Below, piece after piece: positions 1 to 11,149 of a stretch of DNA of 64,000 nt. This stretch comes from Nageia nagi (taxonomy: Eukaryota > Plantae > Pinophyta): positions 87,482,001-87,546,000 of the forward strand of contig JBITNC010000001.1 in NCBI GenBank assembly GCA_050084985.1, given 5' to 3'. A program made the position numbers and the translations under genes. Positions within the stretch are counted from its first letter, which is position 1, and each line of letters opens with the position of its first letter. The notes under the pieces are model-generated. The model was not told where the DNA came from and did not search any database. It saw nothing but the letters and a program-made list of their open reading frames with translations.

Positions 1-288
1 TACCAGCATCATTCATCAGAACTAGTAAGCATCATCTATGTGAAAATGTTTTGAGTTTGTAATCCTACTAACTTTGCAATTTGATTTCTAGAAAATAGTT
101 TAAATTGTTTACAATAAATATTTAAGAATTTAATTTTTTTTTGAATAAAATGTTAAATTGTACTAATAAAACTATTTCATAAAAAAAAAAAAAAAAAACA
201 GGAATGAAGTTAACATACCCAAGATGACACATTAACCAAAAAAAACAAATAGATAAAAAGCATCAAAACTTTACATAGTCTAGAGTAC

Positions 289-576
289 CTGAAGAAAAGA
301 TGTAGAAATCCCAACCAGAAAAGTAGCAACAGCCCATAAGAAAGCCCCTAGGGCAATCACATAAGCACGGTTGTGATGAACAGCCAGATAAGCTGCCACA
401 GGAAAGCAAGCAGCTTGAGTCAACGACCTCATCAGAGTCAGAGACCCCAATCCTATTGGAGATGTATGCAATGCCAATCCAACCTCTTGGTACACCCCTG
501 GCAACAATGCCTCATCTGCCCTCTCCATTATCCCTGCCAAGTTCACCAATACCAGAGTCTTTGTTCTTTCCTTCAT
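289..576 (-). CDS. UNE2: First coding exon of a UNE2/At5g10190-like major facilitator superfamily transporter; the gene continues beyond the left edge of the window
   Basis: Translation MKERTKTLVLVNLAGIMERADEALLPGVYQEVGLALH...LGAFLWAVATFLVGISTSFLQ matches the N-terminus of plant UNE2-type MFS proteins. The exon ends at CAG|GTACTC (donor GT at 288-287), giving 96 codons. An alternative in-frame ATG lies at 594. The symbol denotes the family, not proven orthology. Confidence 0.88.
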
Positions 577-821
577 CACCCATTTCAATCCCATCTTATT
601 AAAAGGTCTAACTTCAAACTTGATCAGGTATAAGATTTGCATACAGTTCTCTAACCCAAATCTGTTGTTCTCTAATACTATACAAGACCTTTATCTGAAT
701 ATGATATGAGTTTTCCACTGCCAACGTCACTTGAATTAGAATGTCAGAGCCCACGGTTGACAAGTATATTTCATAAGGGGATTTTTTATTTATTTATTTT
801 ACCTTGGGGTGGGTAAACGGT

Positions 822-926
822 TTATGAGTTGTAATAAGATAAAAGACCATCTGACAAGGGAGAATAGTACAGTACAATATCCCACAGTGTTGTACTCGAC
901 ACTTCTTATCTTATTACAATTCATAA
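822..926. repeat. Inverted repeat / hairpin upstream of the MFS start codon
   Basis: ttatgagttgtaataagataa (822-842) is the reverse complement of ttatcttattacaattcataa (906-926) with 1 mismatch. An inner stem agtacaatat/gtgttgtact lies at 871-896. Confidence 0.75.
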
Positions 927-1492
927 TTAACAACTCATGAACCAGTTTGTTTTAGAACCTGTTTCAATTTATTGATCAACGTTCTCGTCTGCTTTCGGCT
1001 TTGCGTCGAGTTCTCAGATTTTCTTCATGGTCTCCTGCGTCTGCTTGTGCAAAGTTCCGAGGCTGGTCCATGTGACACAACCTTTTCGTTGCAATAAATC
1101 CAAATACTAAAACACCTAATAGATTATAAAAGTGGACACAAATATTTAATAGAAGCTAGTGGTTCTTTATTTTATAGAAGCTTTTTATATAAAAAAGTAT
1201 GTACATGATTCTTTTTTTGGAATATTTATAATTTAAATTTGTAGTAAAAAATATTTCACGTAGTTAAAGATTTTGATTTATAGCTTTAATCATTAGGGTG
1301 TTTGGATATTTATTAAGGTTTAAATTATAAAAACATTTTGGAGTGATCATATCATGGATAATGTTTGAAGTATAAGTATGATGTAGTGAAATATAATGAC
1401 AATTATAAAATATAATGATGATTGTGAATTGTGTTAATAAATAGAATACTAGAATACTATTAAATTCTCATTTATCAACCAAAAAATAAAAA

Positions 1493-1591
1493 GATGCGCA
1501 GCGGTGAGGCCTTGGGCCTGGCAACAGTACATTGGTCAGGTCCCAAGTTCCAACCTAGCGGGTGTGTGTGTGCATAGCTTAAAAAAAAAAA
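1493..1591 (+). mobile_element. Possible short tRNA-derived SINE
   Basis: A-box-like gcgcagcggt, B-box-like ggtcccaagttccaacc (1539-1555) at tRNA-like spacing, and a 3' poly(A) run (1581-1591). It is a GC-rich island in AT-rich DNA. No clear TSD. Confidence 0.4.
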
Positions 1592-3357
1592 TCTTAATAA
1601 AATACAAAAGTATACAAAGGAATGATCAATTTTTTTTCTTTATTCTTATGATTCTTATTAGGTTGTTAATAAATTTAACATGTGCCTTAATTCCTACCAA
1701 ATATTTTTAAATATAGATTATTCATTTATCTCCATGTTTGTAGGTCATAGAAGTCTCACTTAACCATGATAGCACCACATAAATCACCATAGCATTTTAT
1801 AGACCATTGCAATATTTCTCATGTAACAACAAAAGCACCAAAAGGGAAAGGGAAAGGTTTTTTAACGTCCTCGAGAGACCAACATAGATCTATGGGATGT
1901 GCCTTTCCACTAGTAATGTGTGTTGAAGTAATTTATGTTTCATGCTGGAGGGGAATTGAACATGGGACTTGTGTTGTAGCATGGTCACCACTTGACCAAT
2001 TACACCAACAAATGAAGCATTTTTATTACAACATTTCTAATTTCTATTACAAAAGAAATACTAAAAGTTCATTGCAATAATTTCTATTACAACATTTCTG
2101 AATTTTTTACATCCTTATTGCATAAGTCAAACTTTTATTATTCTATCTCCATAATTTATACTTTCATTATAGAGATGAAGAACTCGTGATTTGACCATTC
2201 ATCAATAATTATATATATCCAGATAAATCACGTAAAATCCTCAACCTAATTCAAGATGGCTCTAACATTTAGTATCCTTATTTCAAGACTGAAGATCTTA
2301 ACCAAAAGGAGATATAATCAAATAATCAATGACAAAGCTAAAATTCATGTCATGTTAATTTTGCCAACTCAAATTGCACTTCTTCATTTTGGGAATCCCT
2401 TTTAAAAAAGAATTATAGACTGAACAAAACTGACAATAAACTTAGTAAATTAAGTGAAGATGCTTCACATACAAGTTAGCTTAATAAAATAAGGAAAAAG
2501 ATCATTTTTTGGTACTTTAATGGAGTCTTGTATTTTTGTTAAAAAAGTCATTTAGTCCTTATACATACACAAAAACATCATACACTAAAAAAAGTAATAA
2601 ATATCCAATATATTACATTATGAGTATGATCCTTTAGTTTTCAATGCCAAATAGATTCTCATGGAGTTTTAAAAATTCTCTTGTCTTACTTGAAGCTCAA
2701 GAGACATTGAAGTGATCAACTCTTCATTCTCCCCTATAAATAAAATATAAATTAACTTATAGTATTGAATCTATGAATAGAAATTTTAAATTCGAATAAA
2801 AATAGATATGCAACATGATAAAGATATAACAATATGGCATAATTCTAGTCCTAGGGTACATAAAGAGATCTAAAATAAAACTAAAATAAAGGAGATGAAA
2901 GTCCAAGATCTAGTATACATAAACATGAGACATGAAAATAATACTTATGTGCCTTATTTTTGAAGTATTTAATCATTTATAGAAGCTTTAAAACCTCTCC
3001 TAAATGATTCTTACAAATTAGGGGTTTTGATATTTTTTGTAGATATTTTAGGGGGTTAGGACTAACCTTGGTGATAATCAAACTCCCCTCCCCCCATATG
3101 ATAGTACTTAAAAATCAATAAAAAAATAAAAGAGTAATCAAAACATACATTCAATACCTAAACACAAGTAAATCAAATATAAATTAAACCTAAAAACTGA
3201 GATCAAAAGATATAACAACTATTTGAGAGTTAAAAAACTCAATAATAAAGTTGATAATGACCTTGCAAGATGATTTAGGATTGATGGTACTCTTGTTCTA
3301 ATTCGAAATGGTCAAGTTAAGGTTGATTTCTTCAGGGGAAGTAGCTATCGCAAAGGT

Positions 3358-4006
3358 TGTTGTACTTGGAGGTTAGCTGAAATCTAAAATTTGGAGGTCT
3401 AATTCTGTAAGAAGAAGGGTGTCCATGTCGTGTGAACAAAGTTTTTGAGTGTCAATACCATGGGGTCAAATGAGTTGTTGGAGGAAGTTGAAGGGATAAG
3501 GTCATTTTGGTAGTTAGAAGAGTCAATGGTTCAACCATAAGACATTATTACATATACATCTATCTGATGCTATCTTCTCCATTTTTATGGAGTTGGAAGG
3601 TTTGGAGAGAGAGTTTCCAAGGTAGACCTAGAGTTAGCTTATGAATTATGTTCTCTAGTGTATTTCCTTGTTGTAGGAGTATTGTAAAGTATGAAGGAGG
3701 ATGTATTCTATCATATTGATGGTATTTCTCTGTACATGTATATATTGTAATATTCCATAAACAATAAGAAGTGCTCCTTATATTCCATGTTAGATTAGCC
3801 CATATTAGGTGAACCAAGATAAATCACTATGTTAAATTGATGTATGTGTGATTGAATTGAATTATATGTTTTTGTTTTTTCAATATTAAATTAGATTTAT
3901 ACATTTTTATATACATTTTGATGGGTAACATGGTATTAATTTTTCATTTTTCGAATTTGTAAGTGAGGATCCAAGTATGCTATAAGCATCTGATGATTAT
4001 AGATCA
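3358..4006 (+). repeat. 5' LTR of element A
   Basis: Begins TGTTGT, ends GATCA, and aligns along its length with 28438-29086 (roughly 75-80% by eye). Confidence 0.85.
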
Positions 4007-4008
4007 TG

Positions 4009-4020
4009 TGGTATTAAACC
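4009..4020 (+). promoter_or_regulatory. Degenerate tRNA-iMet primer binding site of element A
   Basis: tggtattaaacc starts after a 2-nt spacer following the LTR-terminal CA; the canonical site is TGGTATCAGAGC. Confidence 0.65.
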
Positions 4021-4200
4021 ATAAGTTATCAAAATTTTAGGGACAATTTCTCTGATTTAAAGTGCTAACATCATGTGAGCCTATCTAAGAGTGTCCATGC
4101 CTTGATTGTTGATGTTTAGGAGGAGATCTTAAAGACTGAAAATAATTCTTGAGGATACAAATATTGGTAGACAAAGAAGAACGAATGTTATGGAGCCTAT

Positions 4201-7200
4201 TGTTACCACCCAATTTTTTATCATTATTTTTGTTCAAACTTTTTCCTTGATTTAGGTATCTAGGAAAAGTTTTGTTATTTGTGTTGTTTGCATTTATTAA
4301 CAAAAATACATAAAAATTCAAAATTCAAAAATAATTTTATCAAAATCATATCTTTTTTATCATAAAAAGAGTTTTGGGCCATTAGGTAGCATCTTTCATC
4401 TCAAAAGTAAGACCATATTTTAGACATTAACATGGAAATCAATTTCCATGAAACCGTTGAATACCATCCTTTGAGCTTGATTGTAAATGCCTACCCTAAA
4501 CATGAGTGAAACTTGGTCCTAGTCGATTGTTGAATGATGAGCATTGAGACCCCATTTTCGAAGCCAAGTGTTCATTCTACACATGAAAAGATGGAATTTC
4601 GGTCCTCATCATGATATAAAAACTAAAATAGTTTTATGTTTTGAAATTAGAGCTAAAATCGATGATTTTTTACTATATTTTTGTTTCTTTTATCGCATCC
4701 ACATAGAAACCAAACTCAAAGCAACTTGACCTTTTCCTTTATTTCATCATATTGATTTTCATCTTGACACAACTATTAAGCCCTTTACTTGCATCCACTA
4801 TAAAAGCTATCTGAAGTGACTAGTCACTCTATCTTCATGAGCAACTCACTTTGACCAACTGTCACCTACTCATTTCTCCTCCATCATTTGATCTAGGATT
4901 CTTAATATCGATTATCCACGTGTCCCCTCATGTTGTTATCACCTAGAAATAGTCAGAGAGACCCATTATTTTTCATCTAGCATTTTGTTTAATGCCTTTT
5001 TTGGAGTGTCTTTCCTATCTAATTAGAGCGACCAAGGTGTTCAGAGTGCTCGCATCGAGTTGAGAAGCTATCTGTAGGGTTTTGAAGTTCAATCCAAAGT
5101 GATTAAGATTATTGATGCTGCCATTCATTGCAACTATTTTGATCCAACCAAAGGGATGAAGGTTTGTATGACTTAGCTGATCAAAATTTATTTACACATC
5201 ATCTTTCATATTCATTCACATTGACCATATCTTCTCATTTGTCACACCAATTTGACATCACAACTATGCAACTAAGATCATTTGGCAAAATAAGGTTTGT
5301 TATTGATTGGAATTATCTTTGTTCTCACAATGAATAAACCATGATATAATCACATCCTTTTGGTCTTCAATTCGAAGTGACTTGAATATGTCCCAATCGC
5401 ATCATCTCACATTAAACTTCAAAGTGACTAAATTCATGAAAAATGCTAAGGTAATTTCTTGTCACATTGGGATGCATCTTGCCTCATAATGACTAAGAGT
5501 TATTATAGTCATGTAAAGTTTGATTCCAATCCAATACGACTAAAGTGTTACATTATCACATCATAATAAGATTATACCTAAAGCAACTTACTTAAATTTT
5601 CTTATTGCACCTGCTTATGTTGATACCTCGATGCAACTAAATAAAAAATAATAATTTTTGAAAAATGAAATTTTGATAAAATTGCAATTGTTTACCTTGT
5701 CCCAAATGATGGCTAAACTTGACCCTTGTTATTTTCAAGATGAGCAAATCAAAGAAGGATTCCAATGGTTACTCTCAACTTAACAAGAGTAGTTTCATAG
5801 AATTTAAGAGGGATGGAAAAGTCAAACAAATAGCCTATTATTATGATAGGCTAGAGAACATAAGAGACCCAAAATGGAATCATACTAACCTAGTTTTTAT
5901 GCTAAGAGAAGTAGAGAGTATTCTAGAAGAAGTTAGAGAAAAAGATGTCCTCCATTCCTTGGGAATTTTTATAGTTGCAGTTATTCCATTTTTAGTAAAC
6001 TTTCTAGAGTTGGTTTTAGAAGTAGCAGAGCATATTGATTTCACAAGATGAGTGATCATAATGCAAAAGGAATAATTATTGCAGATTTGACAAAAAAGGT
6101 ATTGAGAAAGCTAGGGGTTGGTCTAACCATGGGATTATTTTCACTCAAGAAGATGCTAATCAGATATATGAAGAATACAATAACAAATATAGGCCTAGTG
6201 ACTTAATACAAACTTTGTTAATACTAGAAAACCATGGCTTAGCTAATCAAGCTATAATGAAAGCTTAAAGATGCCTATTCCATGATACCTCAAATAAAGC
6301 CATCAAATTCTTGTGCAAGATTTTGGTTAAATCTACTAATACTCATTTTGAGAAGGATTTATTTAGTTTCTTATATAAGTTAACAAAGGATATAACATAT
6401 TTTGGAGTTTGGTTATCAGTAATGGTATGATTGGGCAACTCAAAGAAGTCAAAATCCTTCTTTTATATGTCCTATTTAGTCTTTTTACTACACAAAGGTG
6501 AGAATCAACAAAGGGTCCAAGGTATTAAAAAGATCATTTTCAATAGAAAGGTAGCTCTTTATATGTGCTACCCCAAGTTCCAAAGGTCGAAGAGTAGATC
6601 TATATTCAAATAAGAATAGATGAATAGGAATATGCCATAATTAAGGAGATGAACAGATCAGAACACATGCTCGTAATTTCCATTGAATCTATGACTTTTT
6701 GAAAAGGTTTGTTGATTTCTACTTAGAAGAATTTGATAATTATTACATCAGAGTGTTTGGCATGGATGTGGCTACCTTTAAATTCCTATGATATCTTAGT
6801 GATAGAATGGTGTTTTTAGAATTTATTAGACAAGCTTTTTATTTTCATGACAAATTTGTTAAAGAGAAGAAAGAAGCACCCATAAAAATGCCCTCACCTT
6901 GTTGTGGTACTACTATAATAATTGGTTAGAAGATGAATAATTAAGTATGAAATCGAAGGATATGATTTTGATAGGTATGAACTAAAAATATATTATGATC
7001 CAACCAGAGTAGTCGATAAATTTTTTAAAAAATTTCACGCAAATTACAAACATCAATCCCTTGGCCATTTGGAGAAATTTAGAAATGTGTATTCAAATAG
7101 AAAAGATGAGGAATATCAAGATATGAAAATCCTAAGAGTCACTCATCACATCTTGTAGCTCAGCAAATAGCTGAGCAAGATTTTACTAAGGATCCTAACT

Positions 7201-10093
7201 TTAACTAGTTTGGATCAATGCAAGGAGTCAATGTTTTGAAAATAATAAATGCATTAGTAGTACACCCAAAATCTCAATTTGAAAGTGGAGAAAGCAATCA
7301 TACTATAGTACCTACTATAAATCCTTCTTCCAATAGTAGTTCTTCTAGCAGCTCCAATGATTCAGATGATGATAACCAATCAAAGTCCAACTGCAGCTCA
7401 AGATCAAGGAGTCATAGTATTGAACAAGAAGAAGAAGAAGAAGGAGAATAATAAGAAGGGGGTAATGAGAAGCCAAAGAAGGCTTTGAAGAATATCAAGA
7501 TCTAGTCTAATAATAGACACTCACAAAGAAGGGGAGGAAGAATATGTAAATATCATTGATTTTGAAGAAGAAGGGGAGTTAAAGAAAATGTACATATTTC
7601 TCATGAAGGTTCTTTTGACTTAGATTTTATCACCACTTACTCTTCCTCCACTCTTGAATTTACCATCAAGAAGAGGTAATTTCAAATATCCCTCTACAAC
7701 AAGCCACTAAGGGATCTACTCAAATTGTAGAGTGCCCTATCACTCGATATGAGACTAAGAAAGCTCTTACACCCCATAAACATTTCAGTTCATAAAAGTC
7801 ATCTAAACATTCATCAAGAGTAGTTAGTAGTGATGAAAATGGAGATGATGATGATGAAGAGAATGAAAAGAGGAGAAAGAAAAGAAAATAAGAGGAACAT
7901 AACAAGCAAATTATCTTAATCAATGATAACATGACCATTGATCAACTCCACTTCAAGAATCTTTTGAAAAATATATATATTGATGCATAACTAAAAACAC
8001 TTGAGGAAATTAGTAGTGGAACTGAAGATGAAGAGGCACTAGAAGTTACAAGTGAAGAAGTAGTCCTTATTCCCCATAAATTACCAACTATGGTTGAATT
8101 TGGAAAAGAGACCTTGAGAGTAAGCAAACTTTCCACAATGTCAAGAAACCCAAGGATAAGAGATAAATAAATGTTATCACTATGGAGTATGACATTGGGT
8201 GACTTGGAATCTAGTCAAATGCATACATTATAGATCAGGTCGCAAAGAATTTGACAAAATTAGCATAGGATAAGAAATCAAAGGTAAAACAAGTTAAAAA
8301 GTGAAATGAAGGAAAATTTAAGGAGTTTGATGAATTTGGGGTTGACAAAGATGAATTGAAGTCTAAATATAAGATAGGATGTGAATTTGAGAATAGGATT
8401 GATAAATTAATTAACAAAGAAACCAAAGTCTTCCCAAATACATACCATGACCTCTTTTACCTTGATAATATCAATTTTAGTTATATGGTGTTGAAGATGA
8501 TTATAAAAAATTTGCAAATCAATGGCTAGATGAAGTGGAAAATGTGGCAAGAATTGAATGGAGTTATTAGTGATGAATAATTATTGACTTTTTACAAAGA
8601 GTTTTCATTCTTTTTGATTGGTTTTCAAATGCAAAGCAACTGTGCTAGAATTTAAAAGAGGAAGCTGATAGAGTATACCAAGAGAACAAAGATATTATTG
8701 ATTTGATAGATATTCAAACCCTAAATGAATCCAACTAGTGGAGGAATGATGATGATGTTAAAATAAGTTTAAAAGAAATTTGGAAAGGAAATTAAAATCA
8801 AAATATCTAGAGGAAGCCTTTATAGCATATGAATGCTATCTCTCTTGGATTTTCCAAGTTAAGATTGCACATAAAAAAATACAAAAATGGGAAACAAGGC
8901 AAATTATATGTCAATATCAAGGATTGATGGAAGGTCGTGATAGAGTTCAAAACTTCTCAAAAGGAGATATCAAGGTAAAGTTACAGAAATGATAGCTTAG
9001 TTTCCTCCTTCAACACCAAATTGAAGAAAAGTTATTATGATTCTCAGTATAATTGTAAAGGGAATTAAGGATGTTACAAAATACGTTTTCCTTTTAGTCT
9101 CTAGAGTTAGTTTAATTTTTTAAAAGTTTTTAGACTTAATCTTTTTTGAGATGGCTTATTTTTAGACTTAACCAAATTTTGATAATAATTATTAGGGTTT
9201 TCAAATGAATTAGGGTTTTATTTCAAACCTAACTACTTCCAAACATTACTTAAAGGCAAAAGGGCCTCATTTGTAACTCTCTCTCTGGCCCTATGAATTT
9301 TGGAAGTTGCACTTTAAAGTTTCTACAATAATAAGATAGAATCTTTTGCATCCAAGTTATGTGTGTTTACTACTTTGATACTTGTTTGAGTGATGAGATA
9401 AATTTTGAGTCTATTTACAGTAATTCATTTCCTATACTTGGATAATGTTATCTTTTTGTAAATGTAAAGAGCAATCAGTGTTGAGTTAGTGAAAGAAATG
9501 TGATGTGTTATTGAAGTCTGTATACAATATAATATATCATTGAAGAAACTAAGTGCTCACAAAAAAGATTAAAAGAAACTAAGTGTAAGATAATATATAT
9601 TGAGACATAATTCTTTACTTATAACTTGATTAACTTGAGCAAGATTCATTGGTCAGGTTAGAATAGTTAAATGATTATTTTACTTTTCTAGGATTAGTAG
9701 AATGATCATTTAATCCAAGGATAAGAAAATTCATGATTGAAATAAACTAAGTCATTTAAATTTAGAAAAAAGGTGAAAAATATAAAAAATATGAAAACAT
9801 TCATTCAATAAGTGAAGAGACTTGTGTGAAACATATTACTATCTTACTCACAACTTAGATAATTTGAGCAAGTCTACTAGAACAAGTTACAAACATTAAG
9901 TAATTGATTACTTTTTCTAGAATTAGTGGAGCAAGTATTTAATCTAAGTATGGGAAATATTGTGAGAAAAATAACATAAGTCTTAACAAATCCATTATCA
10001 TTAAGCAAACACATCAAGGACCACCTCATTAAAAGGAGGATCATAAATCCCTTTCTATCCCCTTTTTCTCTTGATAAGAAAAAGTGGTTAACA
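4201..10093 (+). repeat. 5' LTR of element B (5893 bp)
   Basis: Starts tgttaccacccaattttt, ends gaaaaagtggttaaca, and is colinear with 17904-23946. Confidence 0.93.
5706..9024 (+). pseudogene. Degenerate ~1100-codon ORF of unknown function inside the 5' LTR of element B
   Basis: ORF-track pieces 5719-6051, 6431-6613, 7218-7451 and 8780-8992 join across stops and frameshifts into one protein-like sequence (MMAKLD...YYIRVFGMDVA.F....SDRMVFLEF.RQ...). It has a Ser/Asp/Glu-rich middle, a basic KRRKKRK patch and a coiled-coil-like tail. Confidence 0.8.
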
Positions 10094-10097
10094 AAAT

Positions 10098-10115
10098 TGG
10101 CAACTCCACTAGGGA
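10098..10115 (+). promoter_or_regulatory. tRNA-Arg primer binding site of element B
   Basis: tggcaactccactaggga starts after a 4-nt spacer following the LTR. It equals TGGCGACTCCACTGGGGA (complement of the plant tRNA-Arg(ACG) 3' end, typical of Tat/Ogre) with two G>A changes. Confidence 0.85.
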
Positions 10116-10257
10116 AGTGATCAAGAACTACCCTTTGGCTAGCCAAAGCTAGCTTGGTGACTTTGAAATAAGTTAGAACACTTGGAAATTTTTCTAGTGC
10201 AAAACCACATTGGAATTTACAATTTACTCTTTTTTGAAAAGAGAACTTATAACTACT

Positions 10258-10283
10258 ACACACACACACACACACACACACAC
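10258..10283. repeat. (CA)n microsatellite in the 5' UTR of element B
   Basis: Visible CA run. Confidence 0.9.
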
Positions 10284-11149
10284 AAAGAAAAATGTTGAAA
10301 AGATATGGCAAATCCTCATCCTAACTCTACAAGATATCATGCTTTACAGAAACCAACAAGTTAGAAGGATTTGAGAAGAAATAAAGAATAAATCATTTCT
10401 TCAATGAAATAATTTTTAGTCTTTTGGATTAAATTGATTCAGAAGTGTTTACAAGAATAGAAGAAATATATCTCCAAGTGCACTTCAAATCAAGAATCAA
10501 AAATATAGGAAAACCTTCCTTGAAAGAGCCTTTTGGAGTGAAGTAAATTCAGAAATTCCAACTTAAGTAGAACCTTTGGGTACATTTGATGAAGAAAAAA
10601 TAGATATCATAGATACCATATAGATTCATATTATGAATATGATAAATAATATATAGTAAGATTCAAGATAAGTTTTTTCTTTCAATTGAGACAAATCCAA
10701 TACAACTATCATCAAGAAATTTAGTTGCTTTAGAGTTAGTTATCTCTCTTCAATTATCAAAAGTTGATACAATTTCTCATAATCTTAATACTTTATCATA
10801 GGTAATTATTGATAAGATGCAAGAGGGAATTTAACACCAAAAAATCAATGAAACAACTAAGTTATTAGAAGATATATATATCTTTTGCAAATCAAAAAAG
10901 AAATTGGGTTGAAGCTTATTGATAGCTGAGAGAGTTTGGAAAACCTTTATTTGAAGAAGTATTAGGAGCCAATGGATATCCAATAGATCATAGCAATTCA
11001 AAAATGAAAATTATAAGGTCAAAATTTTAAATTTTATAAATCCAACCTTTCATTTTAATTCTAAAACTTCATTAAGAAGAAGTCAAAGTTTAACATCCTT
11101 CATCAATTGCTAATTTTTCCAAACTAGAAAGTCCTTCTAGAAGAACAAC

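Noticed and set aside
373-633. 86-aa plus-strand ORF
   Set aside because: Antisense to the MFS exon.
8164-8268. U-to-C RNA editing or readthrough as the explanation for shared stop codons
   Set aside because: Such editing is organellar and the ORF also has frameshifts; deamination plus conversion or inheritance is simpler.
7720-8426. Minus-strand Ser/Phe/Leu-rich ORFs in both LTRs (also 21630-22265)
   Set aside because: They are antisense shadows of the purine-rich plus-strand ORF, with no independent protein features.
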